Shown: piece after piece, positions 18,984-28,553 of the stretch
Position numbering within the stretch: position 1 is the stretch's first letter
Layout: each line of letters opens with the position of its first letter
DNA from: Vibrio alginolyticus NBRC 15630 = ATCC 17749
Lineage (GTDB): Bacteria > Pseudomonadota > Gammaproteobacteria > Enterobacterales > Vibrionaceae
Direction of reading: 5' to 3'
Length of the DNA stretch: 32,000 bases
Assembly (NCBI RefSeq): GCF_000354175.2
Contig: NC_022349.1
Location: 210,001-242,000 of the forward strand
Position numbers and translations under genes: made by a program
The notes under the pieces: generated by a model
Databases searched by the model: none
Seen by the model: the letters and a program-made list of their open reading frames with translations, nothing else
What the model was told of the DNA's origin: nothing

Positions 18984-19796
18984 CTAACCGTGAGTTTTGG
19001 TCGATTCGGGTTGCTCGATTTTTATCTTGATTCGGCCTTCTTTGGTTTGTACCCAGCGCAATGTCATTTCTAACGTTATGGTTACGGAGGCACTCAACAT
19101 GACGAAAATAGCCAGCATAATTACTAACTGGTATTTAATCGCAACCATCGGGCTCGCGCCACCTAGAATTTGACCGGTCATCATACCCGGTAAGGTAACC
19201 AGTCCTGTAGTGGCCATAGAAGCTAAAGTCGGGGCAAGGGACTTTCTAAGAGCCTCTTGAATGAAGGGGAAGGATGCGTAGCGAGGAGAGGCTCCAAGTG
19301 AGATTGCAGCCTCATATTCTGCTTGTCTCTGCTCAAAAGCCGTAAACAAATTCTGAAGAGCGATGATATTACTACTCAAGCTGTTACCCAATAACATACC
19401 AGCAAGTGGGATCATGTACTGCGCATTGTAAATAGGGGATGGTTGCACTAGGCCTGCTGTAATTGCTATCAGAAGTGGTATTAGACCACAGGTAAGGCCC
19501 GTTAGTAGCGGAAGCATAAGTGGCTTTTTAGGTAAGTGAGCTTTTCCCGCAATTGAGCTGGCACCAATCAGTAGCATGATGGCAAGCCAAAGTATATTGA
19601 CAAGTAAGCTGTTTAATTGAAAAAGATATTCTAAATACACGCCAATCAATATGAGCTGAAGTGTCATTCGGATAACACTGATTATGGTGTCTTTTGCTAT
19701 CCCTAATTTGTAGCGGGCATTGATAAAGAAGGGGACCAATAAAATCAAACCAAACAGTGCCAGTTTGACCCAGCTTATATCCACCACGTTATCCAT
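18984..19796 (-). CDS. fetB: FetB/YbbM-family (UPF0014) ABC-type permease
   Basis: 270 aa polytopic membrane protein. The blocks MIPLAGMLLGNS, ISLGASP, TGLVTLPGMMTGQILGG and AIKYQLVIM parallel E. coli FetB (VIPIAGMIAGNA, LSLGATP, VGLVSLPGMMSGLIFAG, AIKYQIMV). Confidence 0.8.
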   Translation of the reverse strand: MDNVVDISWVKLALFGLILLVPFFINARYKLGIAKDTIISVIRMTLQLILIGVYLEYLFQLNSLLVNILWLAIMLLIGASSIAGKAHLPKKPLMLPLLTGLTCGLIPLLIAITAGLVQPSPIYNAQYMIPLAGMLLGNSLSSNIIALQNLFTAFEQRQAEYEAAISLGASPRYASFPFIQEALRKSLAPTLASMATTGLVTLPGMMTGQILGGASPMVAIKYQLVIMLAIFVMLSASVTITLEMTLRWVQTKEGRIKIKIEQPESTKTHG

Positions 19797-20054
19797 AATC
19801 GCTCCTTGAAAATACGCGAATAATTGTATCTAAGCCTCCCCTTTATATGAACCACTATGTGCACTTTTTGCTGTTCTTAAAGTAAACCTTGAGTGCTATT
19901 TTAGACATTAATACGCAGCATTCTGTTTACAAGTGGATATCTTTTTCGGAGTTTTTAAGTCGATTTATGGCATGGTAATTACGATTTAAATGTGATCGAT
20001 GTTTCTTAAATGTTGGTTATTTAACAACTCCTTAAAAGACTTATTTTGTCACAT

Positions 20055-20064
20055 CTGTTCATGT
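20055..20064 (+). promoter_or_regulatory. tor-box-like decamer (possible TorR site)
   Basis: CTGTTCATGT against the E. coli tor box consensus CTGTTCATAT (9/10), about 195 bp upstream of torE. A weaker copy, ccatcatat, lies at 20086-20094. Confidence 0.3.
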
Positions 20065-20258
20065 TTTTTAATAAATAACATCAATCCATCATATCTCTGG
20101 ATGAGCTCAAAAAAGTGTTGAATTACAAGGTCTGAGGTCGCTTATTTGATTGAACCCTACTATTAGTATGGTCTAACATTTTCCATTAGAGATTGTAAAA
20201 AACTTAAGCTTGGTTACGCGGGCTTTTCAATAACACTAGATACAAAATAGGCAAATGT

Positions 20259-20438
20259 ATGAGTGATGTTAATAAAATTGAGAGTGGTGAAAAACGCTCC
20301 CTGGAGTGGAAGTCGTTCCTCTTCATTGCAGTTGTTCTCTTCCCAATTCTGAGTGTGGCCTTTGTTGGCGGCTACGGGTTCATCGTTTGGATGTTGCAAG
20401 TCTTCTTCTTTGGACCTCCAGGCGCGCACGGCATGTAA
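20259..20438 (+). CDS. torE: TorE/NapE-family small membrane protein
   Basis: 59-aa ORF, one residue under the track cut-off: MSDVNKIESGEKRSLEWKSFLFIAVVLFPILSVAFVGGYGFIVWMLQVFFFGPPGAHGM. It has a single TM segment with the NapE/TorE signature VGGYGF.VW...GPPG and sits directly upstream of torC. Confidence 0.85.
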   Translation: MSDVNKIESGEKRSLEWKSFLFIAVVLFPILSVAFVGGYGFIVWMLQVFFFGPPGAHGM

Positions 20439-20488
20439 GCCAGTGAGCTCATAACCACACTTTTGAAAAGATTTTAAGAGAGCAAATA

Positions 20489-21673
20489 ATGAAATCATTA
20501 ATCATTAAACTGTGGCGTACCATGACGCGCCCAGCTGTACATATCAGCCTAGGTGTGCTGACTATGGGCGGCTTTATTGCTGGTGTTATCTTTTGGGGTG
20601 GCTTTAACACCGCTCTAGAAGCAACCAACACAGAAGAATTCTGTATTAGTTGTCACACAATGCGTGACAACGTGTACGTTGAGCTACAAGAAACGGTGCA
20701 CTGGAAAAACCACTCTGGTGTTCGTGCTACCTGTCCTGATTGTCACGTTCCACATAACTGGACAGATAAGATCGCTCGTAAGATGCAAGCTTCTAAAGAA
20801 GTATTTGCACAAGTATTTGGCAACTACGACGAACCGGGTGTGTTCGAAGAGCGTCGTATCGAACTTGCTAAACACGAATGGGATCGTTTCTCGGCAAACA
20901 AATCTCTGGAGTGTAAAAACTGTCACAACTACGAATCGATGGATTTCGAGCAAATGTCTCCTACGGCTCGTATCCAAATGAAGCAAGCCGCTGAGAAAGA
21001 TCAAAGCTGTGTTGACTGTCACAAGGGTATTGCGCACAACCTACCAGCAGGCATGGACAGCATTGGCGGTATCGTGGGTGATCTAGAGGGTATGACTTCT
21101 AACACGGATTACGGCGTTGGTCAGCAACTCGTGAGCGTTCGTCACCTACCAATTTACTTTGATGCGCAAGGCAGTAAAGAAGCTGGTCTTCTTAATCCTG
21201 CATCGACCGTTAAAGTTCTTGAAGACAAAGGCGAGTTTGTTGAGATCGAAATTGACGGTTGGCGCAAAGCAAAAGGTTTTGGTCGTGTAATTCAAGAAGA
21301 CTTCGGTAAGAACATTGCGACTGCGTCTCTGATGAAAGAAGCAGCAACAGACAGCAACATTGTGACGACTGGTGAGAAAAAAGTGGATGAGCTAACAGGC
21401 CTTCCTTGGGAAAAAGTAGCGGCGAAAGTATGGATTAAGAAAGAGTCTATGCTGAACGACATCAATCCTGTTTGGGAAAAATCTCGTGAAGCCTACAAGA
21501 CCAATTGTTCTGTATGTCACACTCAACCTGCGGAAGCGCACTTCGACGCGAACACCTGGCCAGGTATGTTCGACGGTATGTTGGCGTTCGTTAACCTAGA
21601 TACAGACAGTGAAGCACTGATCTTGAAGTATCTACAGAAACACTCTTCAGATTATGCTGAAGGTCACCACTAA
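20489..21673 (+). CDS. torC: pentahaem c-type cytochrome TorC (NapC/NirT family with an extra C-terminal haem domain)
   Basis: 394 aa with an N-terminal membrane anchor and five CXXCH motifs (CISCH, CPDCH, CKNCH, CVDCH, CSVCH). Confidence 0.93.
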   Translation: MKSLIIKLWRTMTRPAVHISLGVLTMGGFIAGVIFWGGFNTALEATNTEEFCISCHTMRDNVYVELQETVHWKNHSGVRATCPDCHVPHNWTDKIARKMQASKEVFAQVFGNYDEPGVFEERRIELAKHEWDRFSANKSLECKNCHNYESMDFEQMSPTARIQMKQAAEKDQSCVDCHKGIAHNLPAGMDSIGGIVGDLEGMTSNTDYGVGQQLVSVRHLPIYFDAQGSKEAGLLNPASTVKVLEDKGEFVEIEIDGWRKAKGFGRVIQEDFGKNIATASLMKEAATDSNIVTTGEKKVDELTGLPWEKVAAKVWIKKESMLNDINPVWEKSREAYKTNCSVCHTQPAEAHFDANTWPGMFDGMLAFVNLDTDSEALILKYLQKHSSDYAEGHH

Positions 21674-21699
21674 TAAGCGTCGGATTGGAGTAATTTTAA

Positions 21700-24162
21700 A
21701 TGGCTATTACACGAAGAAGTTTTCTTAAAGGTGTAGCAACCACAAGTGCAGCGTCAGTAATTGGTCCTAGCTTATTGGCGTCCGCCTCTGCAAATGCCGT
21801 TGAGACGACAGGTACTTGGAAAGTAACCGGTTCTCACTGGGGCGCGTTTCGCGCCCACATCTACGCGGGTAAAGTTCAAGAGATCAAGCCGCTAGAGCTA
21901 GACAAAAACCCAACAGAAATGTTGAACGGCATTAAGGGTATTATCTACAGCCCTTCACGTGTTCGTTACCCAATGGTTCGTCTAGATTGGTTGAAGAAAC
22001 ATAAATACAGCGCAGATACTCGCGGTAACAACCGTTTCATCCGAGTAACTTGGGATGAAGCGCTAGATTTGTTTTATCGCGAACTAGAACGTATTCAAAA
22101 AGACTACGGCCCATGGGCGCTGCATGCAGGTCAAACAGGTTGGAACCAAACGGGTTCATTTAACAACTGTACTGCGCACATGCAACGTGCAGTAGGTATG
22201 CATGGCAACTTCATCACTAAAGTAGGTGACTACTCGACGGGTGCAGGTCAAACCATTATGCCGTACGTGCTAGGCTCAACCGAAGTTTATGCACAAGGTA
22301 CGTCTTGGTCTGAGATCCTAGAAAACTCTGACAACATCGTTCTTTGGGCTAACGACCCAGTGAAAAACCTTCAAGTAGGTTGGAACTGTGAAACGCATGA
22401 GTCGTTTAAGTACCTTGCACAACTAAAAGAAAAAGTGGCAAAAGGTGAGATCAACGTTCTATCTGTAGACCCAGTGAAGAACAAAACTCAGCGCTACTTA
22501 GAGAACGATCACTTGTACATCAACCCGCTGACAGACGTAGCGTTCATGCTCGCTGTGGCACACGTGTTGTACAACGGAAACCTGTACGATAAGAAATTCA
22601 TTGATACTTACTGTCTAGGCTTTGAAGAGTTCATTCAATACGTTCAAGGTAAGACAAAAGACAAAGTAGAGAAGACGCCCGAATGGGCAGCAGCGATTTG
22701 TGGCGTGAAAGCGGACAAGATCCGTGAATTCGCACGCATGCTAGTCAGCGGTCGTACACAGATCCTGATGGGTTGGTGTATCCAGCGTCAAGAGCACGGT
22801 GAGCAGCCATACTGGGCAGCGGCTGTGGTTGCTGCAATGGTTGGTCAAATCGGTCTACCTGGCGGTGGTATCTCTTACGGTCACCACTATTCAAGTATCG
22901 GTGTGCCTTCTACTGGTTTCGCGGGCCCTGGTGGTTTCCCTCGTAACCTTGACCAAGGTATGAAACCGAAGTGGGACAACAACGACTTTAACGGCTACAG
23001 TCGTACTATCCCAGTTGCACGTTGGATCGACTGTCTGCTAGAACCTGGCAAAGAGATCAACTACAACGGCGGTAAAGTGAAACTGCCAGACTTCAAGATG
23101 ATGGTTATCTCGGGTTGTAACCCATGGCACCACCATCAAGATCGTAACCGCATGAAGAAAGCGTTCCGCAAACTTCAAACGGTTGTAACGATCGAGTTTG
23201 CTTGGACTGCGACATGTCGTTTCTCAGATATCGTTCTACCGGCGTGTACGCAATGGGAACGTAACGACATCGACGTATACGGTTCATACTCGAACAAAGG
23301 TCTGATTGCGATGCATCGTCTCGTTGATCCATTGTTCCAATCTAAGCCTGACTTCCAAATCATGAGTGAACTCACTCAGCGTTTTGGTCGCCGCGAAGAA
23401 TACACTCGTGGTATGAGCGAGATGGAATGGATCGAAAGCCTTTACAACGATTGTAAAAAAGCGAACGAAGGTAAGTTTGAAATGCCAGAATTCAACGAGT
23501 TCTGGGAGAAGAGCGTACTAGACTTCGGTGAAGGTAAACCTTGGGTTCGTCATGCGGACTTCCGTAAAGACCCTGAGCTTAACCCACTAGGTACGCCGTC
23601 TGGCTTCATCGAGATCACGTCTCGTAAGATCGGCCGTTACGGTTACGAACACTGTCAAGAGCACCCAATGTGGTTCGAAAAATCAGAGCGTTCACACGGT
23701 GGTCCTGGTTCAGATAAATACCCATTCTGGTTGCAGTCTTGCCACCCAGATAAGCGTCTTCACTCTCAAATGTGTGAGTCTGAAGAGTTCCGCGCGACTT
23801 ACGCGGTACAAGGTCGTGAGCCGGTTTACATCAACCCAGCGGATGCCAAAGCAAAAGGCATCAAAGATGGTGATTTGGTACGTGTATTCAACGGTCGTGG
23901 TCAGCTGTTAGCTGGTGCTGTTTTGACTGACAGCTACCCACGTGGCGTTATTCGTATCGAAGAAGGTGCATGGTACGGTCCTCTAAACGAGAAAGAGGGC
24001 GCAATCTGTACCTACGGTGATCCTAACACGCTGACGCAAGACATCGGTTCTTCTGAGCTTGCACAGGCGACTTCTGCGAACACATGTATCGTAGACTTCG
24101 AGAAGTTCACAGGTAAAGTGCCACCAGTCACTTCATTTGGTGGTCCGATCGAAGTTGCTTAA
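21700..24162 (+). CDS. torA: trimethylamine-N-oxide reductase, molybdopterin catalytic subunit
   Basis: 820 aa. Twin-arginine signal [43 protein letters not shown] and the [15 protein letters not shown] block are colinear with E. coli TorA. Follows torC. Confidence 0.93.
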   Translation: MAITRRSFLKGVATTSAASVIGPSLLASASANAVETTGTWKVTGSHWGAFRAHIYAGKVQEIKPLELDKNPTEMLNGIKGIIYSPSRVRYPMVRLDWLKKHKYSADTRGNNRFIRVTWDEALDLFYRELERIQKDYGPWALHAGQTGWNQTGSFNNCTAHMQRAVGMHGNFITKVGDYSTGAGQTIMPYVLGSTEVYAQGTSWSEILENSDNIVLWANDPVKNLQVGWNCETHESFKYLAQLKEKVAKGEINVLSVDPVKNKTQRYLENDHLYINPLTDVAFMLAVAHVLYNGNLYDKKFIDTYCLGFEEFIQYVQGKTKDKVEKTPEWAAAICGVKADKIREFARMLVSGRTQILMGWCIQRQEHGEQPYWAAAVVAAMVGQIGLPGGGISYGHHYSSIGVPSTGFAGPGGFPRNLDQGMKPKWDNNDFNGYSRTIPVARWIDCLLEPGKEINYNGGKVKLPDFKMMVISGCNPWHHHQDRNRMKKAFRKLQTVVTIEFAWTATCRFSDIVLPACTQWERNDIDVYGSYSNKGLIAMHRLVDPLFQSKPDFQIMSELTQRFGRREEYTRGMSEMEWIESLYNDCKKANEGKFEMPEFNEFWEKSVLDFGEGKPWVRHADFRKDPELNPLGTPSGFIEITSRKIGRYGYEHCQEHPMWFEKSERSHGGPGSDKYPFWLQSCHPDKRLHSQMCESEEFRATYAVQGREPVYINPADAKAKGIKDGDLVRVFNGRGQLLAGAVLTDSYPRGVIRIEEGAWYGPLNEKEGAICTYGDPNTLTQDIGSSELAQATSANTCIVDFEKFTGKVPPVTSFGGPIEVA

Positions 24163-24184
24163 TTAGTGCAGTTTGCATAAATCG

Positions 24185-24214
24185 AAATACCAGCCTCAGG
24201 GCTGGTATTTTTTT
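24185..24214 (+). terminator. torA terminator
   Basis: Perfect 9-bp stem ataccagcc(24187-24195)/ggctggtat(24200-24208), loop tcag, then T7. Confidence 0.9.
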
Positions 24215-24360
24215 ATCAAAATTTCAGTGAGCGTTGTCTCAATAGTAACTTCATAACGTTAAACGAGACTGGTATTCGTGATGATGGTAACGAATTGGGT
24301 GAGACAAGCAGGAGATAATGCGCCAAGCTAAACAATAATAATTAAGTGAGTAGACCCATT

Positions 24361-26100
24361 ATGGCTCAGAGCATTCAATTGGCAAATCACACTGAGATCA
24401 CTGTGAATAACAATGACTTCCAAGTTGAAGTCAAGGGTAATCAATTACATTTTTCTTTTGCCGGTCTTCACAATAAAACCTTTACCGACCGTGAAGTGTT
24501 ATTCGAAATGCCGTTTTTGTACGAGCACGAGGCCAACGTAATTGGGGATGGTTTTCAAATGTTGGCGCAAACGGCGGGAACGATCAATCACCCCGTTGAT
24601 ATTGGTCGCTGCCCAGACAATAATCCTTCTTATCGAATCTACCCTAAAGATGCCCCTAAGCGTTATTACAACTATTTAGTGGTGGAAGGTTCAGCGGGCT
24701 ACACATTATTTGGCTTCACATCATGTCATCGCTTTGCAGGCTATTTTGATGTTGTGCTGCGTGATGGGCATTGGGTTTTATCAGCCGCAATTGATGGTGA
24801 GTTGACTCAAGTGGCGGATTGGGAAAGTAATCAACTTGAGTCCGTGGCGGTACTCTGTGGTCAATCGCTGTCCGAGCTTTATCAAACCTATGGCGAGATG
24901 ATTGCAAAGCATCATCCTGTTCGCCAAGGTGTGACACAAGATGCGCCTGTTGGTTGGTGTTCGTGGTACGCGTACTACGCGGACGTGACAGAGCAAAACA
25001 TCATGCAGAACGTGGATTGCATGCAAGATAAGCTCGAAGACCTAGAGTGGCTACTTCTGGATGATGGCTATCAAGCCTTTATGGGCGATTGGTTAACCCC
25101 ATCAGATAAGTTTTCTGGTGGCGTAAAAGAGCTCATTCATAATATCCGTGCAAAAGGAAAAAAGCCGGCAATTTGGATGGCGCCTTTCATTGCACAGCCT
25201 GAGTCGGAGATCTTCAAACAGCATCCAGATTGGTTTGTTCGCCACAAGGGTGGTGGCTTACTTAAAGCAGAAGATGTCACATACGGTGGTTGGCGATGCA
25301 CGCCTTGGTACATACTCGATACCTCAAACCCAGAAGTGCAAGACCATCTGACGCATGTAGTCTCTGTCATGAGACAAGAGTGGGGCGTTGAGTTGTTCAA
25401 GCTAGACGCGAACTATTGGGGCACCTTAAAAGGTGTCCGTAAACAATCTGGTATTACAGGCGTTGAGGCGTATCGCTTAGGAATGGAAGCGATTGCCAAA
25501 GGCGCTGGTGATGCGTGGCTTTTAGGTTGCAACGCGCCAATGTGGCCATCTCTGGGGCTTGTGGATGCAATGCGTGTTTCTGACGATGTAGAGCGTCATA
25601 GTCGTCGATTCGAACAGATAGCCAAAGAAACCTTTTACCGTAGTTGGCAGCATCGAAAATTGTGGCAAATTGACCCGGATTGCGCCACGTTCACTTCATT
25701 AGCTAATCAATCTGCATCCAGAGAAGAGTATGAATTTCATCGCACGGTGTTATTAGCGAGTGGTGGTTTGCTGCTGTCTGGTGACCCGCTCCCTGAGATT
25801 ACACCGTTTGCTAAGAAGACACTGTCTAAGCTCATGTTACGTCAACAACGTAACCAACAATCTGCAAAGTTTACCGCTTTGAGTTTAAATCACGCGTTTT
25901 TAAAACTAACGACGAAGAATGACCTCCATTGTTTGTTTAATTATGCGAGTTACGGAGCGATGGAATTTACGCTGACGTCTGATCAACCGGTGGACTGGTA
26001 TGATTACTGGACAGGGGAAAAGCTAAACCAAGAACCTTGCCAGTTGTTAATGGTGAGCGTGGATAAAGGGCTCAATGCGAAAGCGATCGTTACAGCATAA
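24361..26100 (+). CDS. GH36-like (clan GH-D, alpha-galactosidase-type) glycoside hydrolase, cytoplasmic
   Basis: About 579 aa from ATG 24361; the track starts at GTG 24346, and neither start has a good SD. The blocks VGWCSWYAYY, LLLDDGYQ, PAIWMAPF, HPDWFV, LDTSNPEV and ELFKLDANY follow the GH36 pattern (GWNSWEAYY / LDDGW / HPDW / KWDMN). No signal peptide. Confidence 0.7.
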   Translation: MAQSIQLANHTEITVNNNDFQVEVKGNQLHFSFAGLHNKTFTDREVLFEMPFLYEHEANVIGDGFQMLAQTAGTINHPVDIGRCPDNNPSYRIYPKDAPKRYYNYLVVEGSAGYTLFGFTSCHRFAGYFDVVLRDGHWVLSAAIDGELTQVADWESNQLESVAVLCGQSLSELYQTYGEMIAKHHPVRQGVTQDAPVGWCSWYAYYADVTEQNIMQNVDCMQDKLEDLEWLLLDDGYQAFMGDWLTPSDKFSGGVKELIHNIRAKGKKPAIWMAPFIAQPESEIFKQHPDWFVRHKGGGLLKAEDVTYGGWRCTPWYILDTSNPEVQDHLTHVVSVMRQEWGVELFKLDANYWGTLKGVRKQSGITGVEAYRLGMEAIAKGAGDAWLLGCNAPMWPSLGLVDAMRVSDDVERHSRRFEQIAKETFYRSWQHRKLWQIDPDCATFTSLANQSASREEYEFHRTVLLASGGLLLSGDPLPEITPFAKKTLSKLMLRQQRNQQSAKFTALSLNHAFLKLTTKNDLHCLFNYASYGAMEFTLTSDQPVDWYDYWTGEKLNQEPCQLLMVSVDKGLNAKAIVTA

Positions 26101-26132
26101 AACGTGAAGTAAATCGCCTAATACCAAGATCA

Positions 26133-26165
26133 AGAAAGGAGCCTATTGCGGCTCCTTTCTCGTTT
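26133..26165. terminator. bidirectional terminator between the GH36-like gene and the metal permease gene
   Basis: 11-bp stem agaaaggagcc(26133-26143)/ggctcctttct(26150-26160), then cgttt. Confidence 0.75.
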
Positions 26166-26178
26166 GATGCTCTGAGCG

Positions 26179-27393
26179 TTAGAACTCGAATAAAAAGTAA
26201 TACCCGTATCCAACAATAAACGCAGGAATGGACGAGTAAATAGTCGCGACCAAAGCAGCTTTCGGTGCCATTGCAATAGCGGGGAATAGGGCGTCACCAT
26301 CGTTAGAAATCGCATTGGCCAGTTGCGCAGAAAGTGGCGCTGCACCAGAAATGTATAGGCTAGTGACTAAAATTTGCGGTCCACAACCAGGCAACATACC
26401 AATGGCTAGGCCAGCTAATGGCATCCAAATTCCCCAATGAGAAAAGGTTTCTACAAGGTCGAGTCCAGAAAAATAGGTCGTCAGTTCAAACGCCAGAAAC
26501 GCCACGATCACCCAAGCACTGACGAAATTCGTATCTTGTGCTGCTTTTTGAATCGGGTGTGAGTCCACGATTTTTTCATCTTCAGAGACCGTTGACTGAT
26601 AATCGCCGAGCTCTTTTGTCATAGCCCACAACGACATTGTGATCACCGCGAAGATAGCGCCTAGCCATTCAATGGTATTGGCCTGCAAAGACAACAGCTG
26701 ATTAATATCGATTTGGAAAGACATTAACACAGCAACGACACTAGCAGGCACAATAAGCCATTTCCAAAATGCGCCTTGTAGATTGATTGCACGTTGTTCA
26801 AGGGGTGTGTGTCGGTCTGTCTGGTGTTGGCAACAAGCATGTGTCTGAGGTGCTTCTTTTGGTTCTGGTCGCAGAAAGTTATCAGCATGAAAAGCATTAA
26901 CGACTAACCCTGAAAGAGTACCCACGATAATGCCTAATCCAACCACGCCTAATCCAACACTTGGTTTGGCGGCCAGAAGTAAAAAGGCAGCGTCACCCAT
27001 TGTTGAAGTAAGTACCGCGACAATCGCACCAAATCCTACTCGGCCACTAATAAATTGCGTTGTCACAACAATAGCGCCACCACAGCCAGGCAAAGCACCC
27101 AACAAAGAAGCAAAGAAAACCTGATGATTACGCGAGCGATGATATAGCTCGGTAATTCGATTGGTTTTCGACATAAAGTTTGAAAGATAATGATAAATAG
27201 CCAATGTGGCAGCAACATAGCATGACACCGCCCAGAATGAGTCGGATAGCGTCTGTACGGCTACGTCACGTGTATTTTCATTGCCTAGCAAAATGAGCAT
27301 GACGATAGGGATCAGCAATCGCTTATAAGCTAAACGAAACTGAGTAGGCTGAAACAACTGTTGTGCAGAGTGTAATAATTGGGTCGCGTTCAT
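26179..27393 (-). CDS. polytopic permease of the 'putative manganese transporter' / predicted 10-TM metal permease type
   Basis: 404 aa. Duplicated motif LPGCGGAIVVT (res. approx. 101) and LPGCGPQILVT (res. approx. 335), indicating a two-repeat fold. Central loop THACCQHQTDRH (nt 26809-26844) is rich in Cys and His. The family name is from recollection of annotations, not verified. Confidence 0.65.
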   Translation of the reverse strand: MNATQLLHSAQQLFQPTQFRLAYKRLLIPIVMLILLGNENTRDVAVQTLSDSFWAVSCYVAATLAIYHYLSNFMSKTNRITELYHRSRNHQVFFASLLGALPGCGGAIVVTTQFISGRVGFGAIVAVLTSTMGDAAFLLLAAKPSVGLGVVGLGIIVGTLSGLVVNAFHADNFLRPEPKEAPQTHACCQHQTDRHTPLEQRAINLQGAFWKWLIVPASVVAVLMSFQIDINQLLSLQANTIEWLGAIFAVITMSLWAMTKELGDYQSTVSEDEKIVDSHPIQKAAQDTNFVSAWVIVAFLAFELTTYFSGLDLVETFSHWGIWMPLAGLAIGMLPGCGPQILVTSLYISGAAPLSAQLANAISNDGDALFPAIAMAPKAALVATIYSSIPAFIVGYGYYFLFEF

Positions 27394-27412
27394 CGTTTAC
27401 TCAAATGCAAAT

Positions 27413-27431
27413 AGGAATAATTATCATTATA
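27413..27431. promoter_or_regulatory. Fur-box-like AT-rich element in the divergent spacer
   Basis: aggaataattatcattata against the Fur consensus GATAATGATAATCATTATC, about 13/19 matches by my hand alignment. It lies 20-38 nt upstream of the permease ATG. Confidence 0.3.
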
Positions 27432-27579
27432 TGTAAATGAGATTTATTCGCAATAGCATTGTGAACTTTTCTTCGTGTCAAACTCTCTGAAATCAGGTAA
27501 AGTATCGGCCTTTGTGAGCAAACACGCCCTAATTAACTGTATTAGGCGGCGTATAAAATTGACTTGAATAGGAAGAAAC

Positions 27580-28485
27580 ATGATTCTAGTTGTAGGTCAT
27601 AAGAACCCAGACAGCGACAGTATTTGTAGTGCACTCGTTGCAACTGAACTTCTAAAAGCGCGTGGCGTTGAAGCTATGCCAATTCGCCAAGGCGAAATCA
27701 ACCGTGAAACTCAGCACATCCTAGAAGTTGCTGGCGCTGAAGTTCCTGAGCTTCGCACATCAGTTGCGGGTGAGACCGTTTGGCTAGTAGATTACTCAGA
27801 TCTAGCACAAGCACCAGACGATATCGCAGAAGCTGAAATTGCGGGTATTGTTGACCACCACCGTCTAGGTGACGTGATGACAGTAAACCCAATGGAAGCA
27901 TGGATCTGGCCTGTTGGTTGTACCAACACTGTTCTATTCAACATGTTCAAGATTGAAGGTCACGCGATTACTCCACAAATTGCTAAGCTAATGATGTCAG
28001 CAATTCTATCTGACACAGTAGGTTTTGCTTCTCCAACTTGTACACAAAAAGACAAAGATGCCGTTGCTGAACTAGCGGCAATCGCAGACGTACAAGATGT
28101 TGACGCGTTCACTAAAGATCTTCTAATTGCTAAAACAAACATCGAAGGTCTATCAGCGGCTGAGCTTGTTGAGAAAGACCTTAAAGGTTACCCATTCAAC
28201 GGTCGTGACGTAGTGGTTGGTCAGGTTGAACTTGCAACTCTTGAGCAAGTTGACGGTATGATCGAAGCACTAGAAGCAGACCTAGAATCTCGTTGTGAGA
28301 AAGATAACCTAGCGTTCGCTGCTGTAATGCTAACAGACATCACGACTGCTCAAACTCGTCTTCTATACAAAGGTGAGTGGGCTGAGAAGCTTGTTAAGCA
28401 CGAAAAAGACGGCATGCTAATGATGGAAAACACGCTAAGCCGTAAGAAGCAAGGTTGGCCTTGGCTTCAAACTGAGCTAGCTTAA
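27580..28485 (+). CDS. ppaC: family II (DHH/DHHA2) manganese-dependent inorganic pyrophosphatase
   Basis: 301 aa with DHH-family motifs VVGHKNPDSDS, LVDYSD, VDHHRLG and the DHHA2-type C-terminal half. RBS AGGAAG. Confidence 0.88.
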   Translation: MILVVGHKNPDSDSICSALVATELLKARGVEAMPIRQGEINRETQHILEVAGAEVPELRTSVAGETVWLVDYSDLAQAPDDIAEAEIAGIVDHHRLGDVMTVNPMEAWIWPVGCTNTVLFNMFKIEGHAITPQIAKLMMSAILSDTVGFASPTCTQKDKDAVAELAAIADVQDVDAFTKDLLIAKTNIEGLSAAELVEKDLKGYPFNGRDVVVGQVELATLEQVDGMIEALEADLESRCEKDNLAFAAVMLTDITTAQTRLLYKGEWAEKLVKHEKDGMLMMENTLSRKKQGWPWLQTELA

Positions 28486-28503
28486 TTTTCTAGCATATAC
28501 TTT

Positions 28504-28531
28504 AAATGCCCGCCTAGCTGCGGGCATTTTT
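28504..28531 (+). terminator. ppaC terminator
   Basis: 8-bp stem atgcccgc(28506-28513)/gcgggcat(28520-28527), then T-run. Confidence 0.85.
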
Positions 28532-28553
28532 CTATGGGAAATAGGAGACGAAT

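Noticed and set aside
18384-19073. Plus-strand track ORFs 18384-18620, 18697-18891 and 18888-19073
   Set aside because: The first runs through the focA stop and terminator. The third overlaps the fetB 3' end antisense. All three have Cys/Trp/Phe-rich implausible sequences and no SD.
20214-20498. 94-aa minus-strand ORF in the supplied track
   Set aside because: It is exactly antisense to the well-supported torE ORF (20259-20438) and the start of torC. It has no recognisable motifs, so I treat it as a shadow ORF.
24318-24338. Tiny uORF MRQAKQ preceded by AGGAGA upstream of the GH36-like gene
   Set aside because: The SD-to-ATG spacing is only 2 nt, and there is no supporting structure or conservation evidence.
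27394-27579. Possible Mn (yybP-ykoY) riboswitch in the 5' leader of the putative Mn permease
   Set aside because: Reading the minus-strand leader, I find none of the conserved GGAGAGUAG / GGGGAGUAG-type four-way-junction elements. Only an AT-rich operator-like region is present.
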